Positions 39,850 through 52,632 of a stretch of 64,000 bases of DNA are shown here, piece after piece. Position 1 is the first letter of the stretch. Every line of letters starts with the position of its first letter. This DNA comes from Octopus vulgaris. Lineage: Eukaryota. A program made the position numbers and the translations under genes. The stretch covers positions 51,522,001 to 51,586,000 of the forward strand of contig OX597823.1 in the NCBI GenBank assembly GCA_951406725.2. Direction: 5' to 3'. A model generated the notes under the pieces. It worked only from the letters and a program-made list of their open reading frames with translations. It did not search any database and was not told the DNA's origin.

Positions 39850-40800
39850 TGTGAATTTGGTGAGCTTTAGTCAAAGAGTAAAAGTTACTTTGCAATTAAC
39901 TATGTTAAGCTGTTCGCAACAGCATTTCCTGGATTTCAATCTCAGAATGTTTTGATCCTCAGGGGAGATAGAAATCTTGTCCGGTGTGAATTCAATCAGA
40001 GACACTACTGAGAATCCTACACTTCTTTGGTAAATGTGAAATAGCTTCAAGCAATCAGCGATCGTTTATTTTTGAACAGTTTTCTTGTACATGCAAGACG
40101 CAATATGATTTCTGAACCTCACGCAGAGAATAAGCTGAATAATAACTTTCTAAAAGGAATATTAGGAAAGAGACATGTTAAATCCATCACTAGTGATATT
40201 ATATAGCGTTCCCTTTCTTTATATTTGATTTCTTCAATGAAAGTGTTTCAAGTTATTTTAATCAAATGAAATTTTTCCCGTGTTTAACCACCACCATTCA
40301 AGCAATGTTAGATTTGATTGTAATAGCTGACTCTAAAACAATATTTACATAAACTTGCTTTGAAAGATGAAGAGTAACAAATAATAGCTTTGTAAATAAG
40401 GTTTCAGTTCTCGATTGAAGGTATACCTGACAGTAATGCTTACAGTGGCCAAAAAGCTGCATAGACGTCTACTTCTGCCCTCTATTGTGGACTTTAAAGG
40501 AGAAATGTGCTTTGTCTAAAGTACCTACAATTTACTTGGAGTTTTTCTTTGAGTTTAATATGGAATTAGTTACGAAACCAGTTTTAAAGATTTAATAACA
40601 TCTGCTCTCCATAGGGCCAAATTTACAGGAGGCATGCTGTTTAGAACTTCAACGAGAGAAATATTAATTTTCCTGATGTTTACAAGACTCTTGACCGTGT
40701 CTGTTATAGAATGCTCTAAATAAAAAGGGTTATATTTGACTCTTAACTCGAGAAATAAAGACGTAATATTTCAGATCACTCTGTTGCAGCGGGTGATGAA
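39850..40800 (+). mobile_element. Highly decayed CR1/L2-type LINE ORF2 remnant
   Basis: Scattered motifs in the expected order: DFN (39931), RRLLLPSIV (like YRPISL.S.V, ~40463) and FPDVYKTLDRVCYRML (like FLD..KAFD.V.H..L, ~40669). Confidence 0.4.
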
Positions 40801-41433
40801 AGGAATGTATGTGGGACTTCAATTATATGAGCACAAATATGAACAAACTTTCAGCAAAACTATTTTGTCTGCAGCTAAATAATACTTTTGATGTTACTTG
40901 TAACCATCCTTATAACACACCGAAGCTACCTCTTCAAGGTTAGGTAATGCTTCAGCATACTGCAAACCAAATTGTAATCCTGCTCATAAAATTGGAATGG
41001 TGCTGCTGTGTAGTGTAGTCTTCTGCTTATAGACTTCAGATGGCATTGTACAATAATACTTGTACAAGGGACTGCGAGCACAGGCACACGCACACGCACA
41101 CACACATACATATATACATACACACATGCATGCAAAAGTGAAATAAAACAGAAAAATGTGTTTTTATAATTTCTTTCATTTTATTTTATTTTATTGCTCT
41201 ACCCAAGGAAATATTTTATGCTTCCTTATCCACTGTTCTGCAAATATAATTCCACCCCCTCCTAGATTCTTTCAGGTTTTTAAATAAAAAAAAATATTAT
41301 TTTTATTTATATTTTTTTAAAGCATATCAAAATTTAGCAAATTTTTAAAGAAAACCTCTAACTGCCAGTAACCACTTGTGCACCTCATCATGCAGCATAC
41401 ATTTACACAAATTTACTCATACATTTACACAAA

Positions 41434-41464
41434 TCTTCTTCTTCTTCTTCTTCTTCTTCTTCTT

Positions 41465-41541
<77 letters not shown>

Positions 41542-41609
41542 CATTATTATTATTATCATTATTATTATCATTAATATCATCATCATCATCATCATCATTA
41601 TTATTATTG
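41434..41609. repeat. (TTC)n(ATT)n(ATC)n compound trinucleotide microsatellite
   Basis: Seen directly. Confidence 0.97.
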
Positions 41610-41746
41610 TGATGGTGCTAGTGCTGGTGACGGCAGTGGTTTTGCTGACAGTAATAGAAGTGAAAACTTATATCATGGCCAACAAAGTCTGAAAGCAATT
41701 CAAACACTATGGTGATTTCTTTCTCTGTGTACATTTATGTATAAGA

Positions 41747-42168
41747 AGGGACATAGACATGGCTGTGTGGTAAGAAGCTTGCTTCATAATCCCAGGATTC
41801 TGGGTTCAGTCCCACAGTGTGGAACTTTGGGCAAGTCTCTTCTACCATAGCTTCAGACCAACAAAAGCCTTGTGAGTGGATTTGGCAGATGGAAACTGAA
41901 AGAAGCCTTTCATATATGTGTGTGTGTGTATGTGCATGTGTGTGTTTGTGTCTGTGTTTGTGCCACCATCATCACTCGACAACTGGTGTTGGTGTGATTA
42001 TGTCTCCATAACTTAGCAGAGTGGCAGAGAAACCAACTGAATTAGTACTAGGTTAACAAAAAAAATTCTTGGAGTTGGTTTGTTCAACAAAAACACTTCA
42101 AGGTGGTGCTCAAGCATGGCCACAGGTAAATGACTGAAACAAGTAAAAGGATAAAAGAATGAAAGAAT
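41747..42168 (+). mobile_element. SINE family A, diverged full length
   Basis: Colinear with 36983-37398. Confidence 0.9.
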
Positions 42169-42174
42169 ATATAT

Positions 42175-42600
42175 ATCAATTAAATATAAGGATAAAATTT
42201 TATCAAGTAGCCAGTGTGTAAAACCAATTAAGGTAATAAATGAATATGAGGTATATAATTATTTTAAAATACGTTATTACATTAAGGGCTGTTACTACAT
42301 GTGAAACCATATGCTGGAAAGGGACGCTAAAGTCAAACTACTCTGAAGCCGAGGAAAGGGATGCTAAAGTCAAACACACTCTGAAGTCGAGGGAATGAAC
42401 TGTGAAAAGATTATTTTAAAAGGTTCATTTGCATATCGAAACGATTTCATGGTCAGCACTGTGACATGCTCTCCATTCATCAGTACAAACATAACCAGAA
42501 ATACATAAATATAAACAGCTACGCCAACCATATGAATACAACATATCCACAGAACATATACAAATGTTCGCACTTATATATCCATGAAAAAATTGCTGTC
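42175..42600 (-). mobile_element. Non-autonomous PLE-like element with full hammerhead ribozyme
   Basis: Starts after short (TA) with TAAGGATAAAATTTTATCAAGTAGC, like the left end at 2856. Contains the HHR at 42428-42489 and a 37/38-bp tandem duplication at 42316-42390. Right boundary uncertain. Confidence 0.55.
42428..42489 (-). ncRNA. Type I hammerhead ribozyme, full-length, canonical core
   Basis: Reverse strand UUUGUA-CUGAUGA-[AUGG AG AGCA UGUCACAG UGCU GA CCAU]-GAA-[AUCG UUU CGAU]-A-UGCAAA. Stem I extends via GGUU/AACC. Predicted cleavage AUA| between 42434 and 42433. Confidence 0.9.
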
Positions 42601-42681
42601 CTATTCATTTCAGCCACGTGTGTATAACCAAACAAAATAATTCAGCACTGAATATATTCTGCTTTAATATTTATCAATTAG

Positions 42682-42771
42682 AAGGTCGCGAGCCGGCAGA
42701 AACGTTAGCACGCCAGGCGAAATGCGTAGCCGTATTTCGTCTGCCGTTACATTCTGAGTTCAAATTCCGCC
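42682..42771 (+). mobile_element. SINE family B head only
   Basis: GGTCGCGAGCCGGCAGAAACGTTAGCACGCCAGGCGAAATGCGTAGCCGTATTTCGTCTGCCG..GAGTTCAAATTCCGCC. Confidence 0.88.
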
Positions 42772-42855
42772 TTGATAAGGGTAAATAAGGAATTGAACAA
42801 CTGTAGCAGGAACAACTATAAATGTATTATACAACAAGCAAACACTGCAATATAT

Positions 42856-43018
42856 AGGTACGGGCATGGCGATGTGGTAAGAAGTTTGCTTCTGAACCAC
42901 ATAGTTTGGATTTTACTCCCACTACGTGGCACCTTGGGCAAATGTCTTCTACTATAGCTTCAAGCCGACAAAAACCATGTGAGTGGATTTAGTAGAGGGA
43001 GCCTGAAAGAAGCCTATC

Positions 43019-43089
<71 letters not shown>

Positions 43090-43288
43090 CCTGCAACTCT
43101 TGGCAACTGGTACTGGAATATGTACATCCCTGCAACCTAGCGGTTCGACATCAGTAACTAATCGAATAATTACCAGGCTGAAAAAATGTTTTGTAATGAG
43201 GTCAATTGGTTCGACTAAAAATCCTTCAAGGCGTTACCCCAGCATGGCCGCAATCTAATGACTGAAAAAAAGTAAAAGAAAAAATAAA
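42856..43288 (+). mobile_element. SINE family A, diverged full length
   Basis: Colinear with the family A consensus. Confidence 0.88.
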
Positions 43289-44322
43289 GCAATATACGAA
43301 AATTGTCATAGATCTCAACTTGTTATCCGTCACTCTTCCACGAATTCTGGGAAACATTTTATAACAAAAATCAGAACAACAACCAGTAACAGCATTAGTA
43401 GCGGCAACAACAATAACGGTATTAACTATATCAGGATCAATAGCTAGCAACGATAACAAGAACACCGACAAGAAAAATAACAAGAGAAAAGAAATATGTT
43501 GATGTTGATAGTTATGATAACGATGATGATGGTGAAGCTGATGTTTACCACGACGACGATGACGACGTTGATGATAAGGATGATGGGAAATGTAATTTTC
43601 ATGTACCCTGACATGAGGTATAGCACGGAGCTAAGGTGATGTGTTTGGAAGTCTATAATTAAATCATAAATGTATGTAGCAACAACAATAACAACAACCG
43701 AGGGAAAATAATCAAATTAAGTGATAAAAGAAATACTAACAAAACAGCAATCAAATGAAAATCATGCAATTCATGTGTACGCGCGTTCGCACGCATGTAG
43801 AAACATATATACTACACATATACAGACATAGACAAATATACAAATATACACATACATATCACGTTTTAGAAAGAGTTGCCTACGACTTGGTTATTAACAT
43901 TTGCGAAATGTTTGTTTATTTACTAATTCTCTTTGATATATATATATATATATATATATTTATACACACACACATATATATATATATCCATATATATATA
44001 TATATATATATATAATTCATAAAACAATATATATATATATATATGTATACACACACACATATATATGATATATTATACATATATATGTGTATATATATTT
44101 ATGTATGTATATATATATGTATATACATATATATATGTATATATATATATATTTATATATATTATATACATACACATAGAGGCTTCACTTATATATAAAT
44201 AAATATATGTTTATATATAAGCATAATATTTACACACACATATCTATATAATATTTACGTATATGTATATAGTTTTATATATACATATATGATGTAGCTA
44301 TATATTATATATATATATATAT

Positions 44323-44355
<33 letters not shown>

Positions 44356-44710
44356 AATATATATATGTATGTATATATGTATATATATATATGTATATAT
44401 ATATATGAGTGTGTGTGTGAGTGTATGTATGCATGCTTGCATGTATGTATGTTTATGCTCATTAACAATCCTTTATTGCTACAAATTTCCTCATCCTGTG
44501 AGTCCGATTCTCATGCATTATTCCTGATTCAGAGAAAATACTGAACAATATTTGTTATATCGAAAACACTCATGCCATTAGCTACCACAACGCTGACTGG
44601 AAAAGGGTCACACAAGAAACAAACGGGCTTCGATCACAAAAGCGACTTTTTGACTCCTCAAAATAACTGCAAAATGCTATGTATACACACACACACACAT
44701 ACATACACAC

Positions 44711-44741
<31 letters not shown>

Positions 44742-44842
44742 AACATATATGTATACATACATATACATATACGCATATATACAGGCATTTATTTATACAT
44801 GCACACACACACATATATATATATACACATACGTACACACCC

Positions 44843-44904
<62 letters not shown>

Positions 44905-45024
44905 GCACACAGACACACACGCATATATATAAACGTGTTCATATGTATATGTATTATAAATGTATATATGTATCTCTCTCTTTCTCTCTCTCTATCCATA
45001 CACACACATACGAGTATGTATGTA

Positions 45025-45065
<41 letters not shown>

Positions 45066-45370
45066 AAGAGAAGAGTTATATTCTAGGTATGCGTTGCACA
45101 AAATATCAAGAGACTGCAATAGAAGGTGTTGCTACACCATTTTCACGTCGGGAAAACGCAATATAAACAAAAATATATTCTTTTATTTGCTTGCTACTTT
45201 ACTGGGTTTAGTCACTGAACTGTGGTCATAATGGGTTACGATGATATCAACCTCGGTGTTTATTTTCTCGATCTCAGAGTTATGAAAGGGAAAATGGCCC
45301 AACGTAATATTTCATACAATATCATATATCGTTCAACATATACATATATATATATACATCCACCCTTCCA

Positions 45371-45410
<40 letters not shown>

Positions 45411-46336
45411 AGTGGTTCGCTTCCTTGCACGCGATTTTATGCATGTATATATATATATATATTGTTGTATTTGGGATGGTCAATGTCTTTTTTCTTTTGT
45501 TGTTTGTTTTTTCCCAAATTAACACACCCACTATGTATTCGTTCTTCACTCGTTTATTACTGTTCGTATTTTAACTCATGTCCAGTGTCCAGAAAGCTTA
45601 CGTCATATATCTGTAATCTCCTCAGCGGCACTTTCAGTCTTCGTATGTGGACAATAGACATGAGTTAGAATAAGAACAGTAATAAACGAGTGAAGAACTA
45701 ATATATTGTGCGTGTGTTGATTTGGCAAAAAAAAAAATGACCAGCATGCAGTAGTCGCTGTGTGGCAAGTAGGTAGCTTACTAACGACATGGTCCCTTTC
45801 TGTAGAAGAGCGTAGGCTCGAAACAGAAAAGAGCTTTTCTATTCCTGAGCGTTATTCTAATATATCTGTTTGTTTTATATATAAGGAGAGATTACGAAAA
45901 AAAACAAAAGTCGAAGACAGGTGGTGTACAAAACAAACAGATATATTAGAATAACGCTCAGGAAGAGAAAAGCTCTTTTCTGTTTCGAGCCTACGCTCTT
46001 CTACAGAAAGGGACCATGTCGCTAGTAAGCTAGCTACTTGCCACACAGCAACCCCTGCGTGTTGGTCATTTTTTTTTTGCCAAATCAACACATGCACTAT
46101 ATATTAGTTCTTCACTCGTTAATTACTGTTCTTATTGTAACTCATGTCTATTGTCCACATACGAAGACTGAAAGTGCCGCTGAGGAGATTATAGATATAT
46201 GACGTAAGCTTTCCGGACACTGGACATGAGTTAAAATACGAACAGTAATAAACGAGTGAAGAACGAATACATAGTGGGTGTGTTTATTTGGGAAAAAACA
46301 AACAACAAAAGAAAAAAGACATTGACCATCCCAAAT

Positions 46337-46382
<46 letters not shown>

Positions 46383-46412
46383 GCATAAAATCGCGAGCAA
46401 GGAAGCGAACCA

Positions 46413-46414
<2 letters not shown>
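45411..46414. repeat. Long inverted repeat: arms 45411-45876 and 45930-46414, 53-bp spacer, (TA)n on both outer sides
   Basis: Arms are reverse complements with about 16 substitutions counted by eye, plus TA/polyA length differences. Confidence 0.97.
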
Positions 46415-46502
<88 letters not shown>

Positions 46503-46504
46503 TA

Positions 46505-46668
46505 TACGACTGGCTTCTTTTTAGTTTCCGTCCACCAAATCCACTCACAAGGCATTGGTTGGCCCGAGGCTATAGTAGAAGTCACCTGCCCAAGGTGCCA
46601 CGTAGTGGGACTGAACCCGGAACCATGTGGTTCGTAAGCAAGATACTTACCACACAACCACTCCTACA

Positions 46669-46671
<3 letters not shown>
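46505..46671 (-). mobile_element. SINE family A, 5' half abutting the palindrome's right (TA)n
   Basis: ACGACTGGCTTCTTTTAGTTTCCGTCCACCAAATCC..GGGACTGAACCCGGAACCATGTGG..CCACACAACCACTCCT. Confidence 0.92.
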
Positions 46672-46720
<49 letters not shown>

Positions 46721-47385
46721 TAGTTAAACAAGATTCGAGTAAAAACCTATGCAAAGCTGATCCACAGTCATTAGTTACCTGATGTCATCATATTGGATAT
46801 ACATCAGAAATTCCAAGTTTTGGGGGCAGAATGGGTAACTGGGGCAAAATGTGTAATTTCTGATTATATTATTATTTATTATTCATCTGTTTGAAACCGT
46901 TATATTGCAAGTATTGAATTATCAATTTGTACTGTTGCATCATCCGTGGGAATAAAAAGTTCGTCCGCATAGTTGTTATGACAGGTACTGTATTTTTGAT
47001 AACCTATGACGATACGAAGTGCAGTGTGTTCGTGTTATTTGCAATTTTTGCTGGTTTGCTACGAAACGATCAGCGTCACCCCTTGCCCTTGCGTAATTCA
47101 TGATGGATCTCTTGTAGTGTTTGTATAGTACTACTCTTGGCTCTTTTCACTGCACAAGTATGGCATCTCCGAATGCGCTAATTGTGTTATTCTTTGCTAT
47201 CAGTGCGGTAGGTGCTCACGCCTCTGTGTGTGCGCGTACTCCCGCGACTGTGCTGTTAAGCTGCGTGAGTTTGGTCGGTGTTATTTATGCTTATCGTTTT
47301 GCATTAAGTTTCAACGTGATTGATGCTGGGTTGGAGTAAGTTGCGCAACTGCATCGTCAGAACAGTGGCATTATACAAATGTAAT

Positions 47386-47770
47386 AGGGCGGCGAGGTGG
47401 CAGAAATGTTGGCACGCCGGGCGAAACGCTTAGCGGTATTTCGTCTGCCGTTACGTTCTGAGTTCAAATTCCGCCGAGGTCGACTTTGCCTTTCATCCTT
47501 TCGGGGTCGATAAATTAAGTACCAGTTACGCACTAGGGTCGATGTAATCGACTTAATACCTTTGTCTGTCCTTGTTTGTCCCCTTTATGTTTAGCCCCTT
47601 GTGGGTAGTAAAGAAATAGGTATTTCATCTGGCTTTGTGTTCTGACTTCAAATTCCGCCGAGGTCGACTTTGTCTTTCATCCTTTCGGGATCGATAAACT
47701 AAGTACCAGTTGCATACTGGAGTCGATCTAGTCGACTGGACCCGCCAAAAAAAGTGGGGACCTTGTGCTT
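47386..47770 (+). mobile_element. SINE family B: head plus two tandem body units (184-bp period)
   Basis: GGTATTTC at 47435 and 47619 each start a unit carrying the B-box and the GCCTTTCATCC body. Confidence 0.93.
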
Positions 47771-50487
47771 GTGTAATACTTGCATTGAAGGTCGTGTGGA
47801 TATTTTGTGAAACTTTTGAAAGGGATTTTATGAAGGTTAAAAACACTTGGTAAATGATGTACCCTTGAGTTATTCATTTCTGTAAATTACAAATTCTTTA
47901 TGTATTGTTTTTAAAGCGGTACTGAGCATTTTGTATATAATCGGACGGAAGTGCATGATTATGTCAGTGAGTTTTGTGTAACTGACGGAATTCATCACGT
48001 AATTTTGGTAAGTTTAGTGGACTGTAGCTTGGCGTAATGTAAACATCTATAATAGAATTTGCAGATAGAAATGTATTTTTTAACAATGTTTACTTTTGAA
48101 GATGTGCATAGGTCAGAGTATGCTCTTTAGGTTAGACATTTAACAGACTTCAGAAGAATGATAATAATTTTTTTTCCCAATTTCCAAATTCCGGGAGCTT
48201 CATTAAGTGTTTAATAAATGACTAAAGAAAATGTTGATTACCGCAATAATTACTTTAGGATCTAAATTTTAGGAGTGTGAGTGTGATTAGAGTTTTATCT
48301 GGCCTTTGAGATTCTGATTACATGGACTACTTTATAAATCTTCTAATATCTAGAGGAAAAAAAGAGTTTCCGAGAAGAATATATATGGAAGAGATGTATC
48401 TCCTTTGAGTGTGTGCGTGTGTGTGTGCGTATGCGCGTGTGTGTGTATGTGTGTGTGTGTGCGTGTGTGTGTGTTTGTTTGTTTGTGTGTGTGTGTATTT
48501 CTTCATTTAAAGGTTTGCGAAGAGTGGGGTTTATTTTCGAAAACTGCTTGAATAAATGAATTTAATTGCAGTTCTAGTATTGCTATATTATTTGAAGTCA
48601 TTATTGTGAAAAGCGCTGAGACGTGGACGGTGTTGTAGCCGGAGCTTCTTCCAGAAAAACCTTCATACAATAGGAAAACTATGATGCATGATGCAAGCAA
48701 GAATATTATGATATCGTAGTGTTTCTGGAGAGAAGGTGTACAATCATTTTGTTGATCCTTTTTCTTTCCGGACGAATATCCTGCCCAACAGCCGAACTGC
48801 TAAAACTTATATTAAAGACGAATTGAAGAATGCACCAGCGAATATCTTCAAACAGTTCCGAAATCAATATTCTATAACGTCAAGAATTTTTTTCTGTCAT
48901 TATTTTGTTCCAATAAAAAAGAAATAATTATACAATAATTTTCATTCTTTGTTTTTCTTTCCATTATTTACTATCATTTAGATGAGTTTGGTTTTGCAAT
49001 AAGTATAGAAAAGTTTGGTCTTCATCTTATGTATACAGGTTATCGAAAATCAAGAGATTATTTGTGCCATTATTAAATTCTTATAAGACCATCTGATAAG
49101 TACTTAATATTTAGTATTTTTTTGGAAACATTCTTACAGTGGATGAATAACAAATAAACGAGAAAGAATAATAAAAATTTATTTGATATTAAAAAATGTC
49201 ATGAGGGGTTAATGTCGCAGAAAAAGACAAACGTGGGATACATGATATGAAATATTTAAAATAAATATATAAAATAAAACAATAATGATATAGCGACATT
49301 CGAAAAATAAAACAAAGGCTATAAGAAAACAGATGTTCAAGAAACAAAAATGGAAACTTTTCCAAGATAAATGGATAAAAGTAGCGTTTAGATATGGTAT
49401 CGAAAACAAAAATAAAAGAAAAAAATGTTATTGACATGTATTGCCAATGTCGGTTAGCTATAAAGCAATGGATGTAATAAGCTAAATCTTTTGATGTCTG
49501 CCATTTATATTACACTGCGAATACAACAGTTAAATAAAGCTATGCAAGCCGAGAAAAGAATTTTAGAAATTGTTATTAGCTTCGCGCTTGAAGAAACAAA
49601 AGAAGAAATAGCACCCTGGTTTGCTTACTTGCCACAACTAACAGCTTCCATTTACATCTATTATTTCACTTATCTCCTACCAATTCTACATAAAATGCAT
49701 CTGAAAGAAGCGTAACTTATATTTTAGCAAATATAATGTCATAGGGCTTTTTTTTTATATTCTTTGTTTTCATTTTTGTATTCATGGAATATCTTCTTAT
49801 TGCTTCATATTTTTGTTTAATTTTGTTTATTTTTCAGTTTTAATAACATCTAAAAATCTAGTGACTCACCTTCGGCACCGTAGGAACATATGAGAAAATC
49901 AATAGCATTCAATATCTGAAAAGAAATTAAACAAAAATCTTAGTAGAAAATTCATAATATAATTTCAGATAAAGAGAAACGGAGTGAGAAAGACAACAGC
50001 AGTAAACGAAATAAAACTATAGAAAAAGTAAGATATATAGAGGTAGGTAAAATGGAAGTAGAGATATCAAGAGAGGATTGCGGATATGTGTAACAAAAGA
50101 ACTCAAAGAAAATAAAACCTGGAAAGTCGTGGTGGATTGAAGATGCAAGAATGAAACAATAATGACACAATTTGGAAGGGAAAAATGATTTTAAAATCCC
50201 TAACCTAGTTGAAAGAAAAGTACAAAGAAAAAAAAAGAATACATACTATATGGAAAGTGAGCAAACGTTCAAGGATGAAACAATTTACGAAGCAATGAAC
50301 CAGATGTGAAATATCACATGACCCTACTGAATCAAGATACATAGATACAAACACACACACATATATATATATAGCTTTATACACACGCACACACACATAT
50401 ACACCTTTAAACATACACTCACACACACATATATATATAATATGTATATATATACATAAACACATTTACACATATACGTATATTTGG

Positions 50488-50519
<32 letters not shown>

Positions 50520-50545
50520 ATATATATGTAAATATATATATATAC

Positions 50546-50595
<50 letters not shown>

Positions 50596-50695
50596 ACATA
50601 TATATATATGAATATGAATATATGCATGTGTACATACTGCATATTACACATATATATGTATATATGTATGTGTGTATATATATATATGTATATAT

Positions 50696-50729
<34 letters not shown>

Positions 50730-50845
50730 GTATGTATATATATATGTGTTTATACATATATATATGTAAAATTATACACACACAAACTCACATATAATGA
50801 ACATACGTACATATATACATACCTACATATATATATAAGTATATA

Positions 50846-50915
<70 letters not shown>

Positions 50916-51447
50916 CAGTTCGGAAATACTTGGATTGGTTTTTGTATATATTTTTTTACGTAAGATTTAAGCAAAACATTGTAATAAATGGAAGTAAAAT
51001 CTGCTTCAATAGTAGTGTCAAGCTGTCCATGGAAATATGCTCATCACCCGAATATGTTTATTCATGCTGATTTCTTTATGTTTTCAATAGAAATTATATT
51101 AAAGTGGTGTTGACTCAACGGGACACTCTTGACATTTTATGTAAATAACGCTTTCGTAATCAATAAGAGTTTGTCGATGAAAAAAGAAAAATATTTCGTG
51201 ACAAAATTTTTTTCTATATAACATGTGAGTGAAAGCTGGCTGAGTTGAACGGATGCTGGGTCAAGATTTCGTATCCCATTACAGGCACTTGGCTGATTTT
51301 ATACGAAGACTCTTAACACTAAAAATAGTCTTGTCCACCAGGCTATACATATTTAATGAGTATAGACTGTTCATTGCTGTAAGAAGCAAGACTACTGATA
51401 ATTATTGAGACAGAATTTGATATGCACAATGAATTTTTATTTCAGGA

Positions 51448-51484
<37 letters not shown>

Positions 51485-51725
51485 CACACACACAAACACA
51501 TACAGACACATACATATAATTCCTATAGAAGGATGTTGTTGACAGTGACTTCAACGCGTCGGCCAGTCTTCGAGGTCATTGTCAGCAACATTCTCGTATA
51601 AGAATAATAAATTTGTACTCTACAAAAGTATAGAGTAACCTACCTGACTAATGTAAAATTGTTTTTAATATTACTGAACATAAAAGCAAACATCAATATA
51701 TATATATGCATACATATATAAACAC

Positions 51726-51867
<142 letters not shown>

Positions 51868-51944
51868 TAAGAAATCGAATTAACTGCAAGTGTTATTGAG
51901 TTGGTGTTTATGAACGTATTCTATAACAGAGGGATTTTCTAAGT

Positions 51945-52592
51945 TTATTTCAGGACAGTCTTCTTTGCGGATGGCATTGTCAATTGTTTTAGCGATAACA
52001 CCGTCCCGCATAGGGAGGCACTACCATGACGACATTTTAGGACAGCTGCTAATCATATGCTTAATGTTTTTCACAGAAACATGGCATAGCCTACACATGC
52101 GGTTGCATCTTGGGATTAAAAGAGCGTCACTGTCTCTCTTGTTCACCAGGTACTTTGTGGCAATCTCCTGTTTCTGGATTGCAAACGCATAGCCTTCAAA
52201 GTGTGATGTAATGGTAGTGATTTTTTTGTCCAAGAAAGGCTGCGCTCGCATCAATTCTACTGTCTTCTTCAAGCATCCATGCATAACCTTTTTTTTTTTT
52301 TGTATGCAGAGTGCTTTTTATCCAGATCTTCTCTGAGGTAAGAGAGCCCAGCTGTTTTGGGGCTGTATAGGAGATCATCAAGGAGAGAATGCTTCTTGAG
52401 GAGCTCGCTGCCAACTCGTACAATGTTGCTCACTTCACTTTTCAGCACTGCATTTATATATTTATTTTTGCTGCTGTTGTTCAGCAGATGCTGCCTGAGT
52501 GATATCATACAGCATTCGAAGGCCGTCTGCACTGATTTCAGGCCTCTACCACCTTCATTTCTTCTTAGGTAGGGTCTGTCAACATCACTGTT
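51945..52592 (-). mobile_element. R4/Dong-type non-LTR retrotransposon fragment (post-RT region and CCHC finger)
   Basis: DVDRPYLRRNEGGRGLKSV..MHG..FEGYAFAIQKQEIATKY..CRLCHVSVKNIKHMISSC..MRDGVIAK matches the R4/Dong motifs DRLY..R..GGRGL, EG...AIQDQ.I.T..Y, CxxC..H...C and RHD.VAK. Frameshifts and stops present. Confidence 0.88.
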
Positions 52593-52632
52593 GTATGTAT
52601 GTATGTATGTATGTATGTATGCATATATGTTA

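Noticed and set aside
39922-39966. Minus-strand CUGAGGA..GAAAUCCAGGA
   Set aside because: No U16.1-H17, no stem I, and stem II would consume the GAAA.
42316-42390. 37/38-bp direct repeat of CRISPR-like length (similar short duplications at 4186-4222, 28765-28816, 59966-60055)
   Set aside because: Adjacent or near-adjacent two-copy duplications without an array of spacers, in a eukaryotic context with no cas genes.
44478-44515. Minus-strand CUCA-CAGGA-UGAG-GAAA-UUUGUA-GC-AAUAAA resembling an HHR 3' half
   Set aside because: The CUGANGA box and stem I are absent. At best a decayed relic.
45411-46414. Palindrome as a sequencing fold-back artefact
   Set aside because: The arms differ by about 16 substitutions and by microsatellite lengths, and have a distinct spacer. 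This fits a real, aged duplication better, though read support should still be checked.
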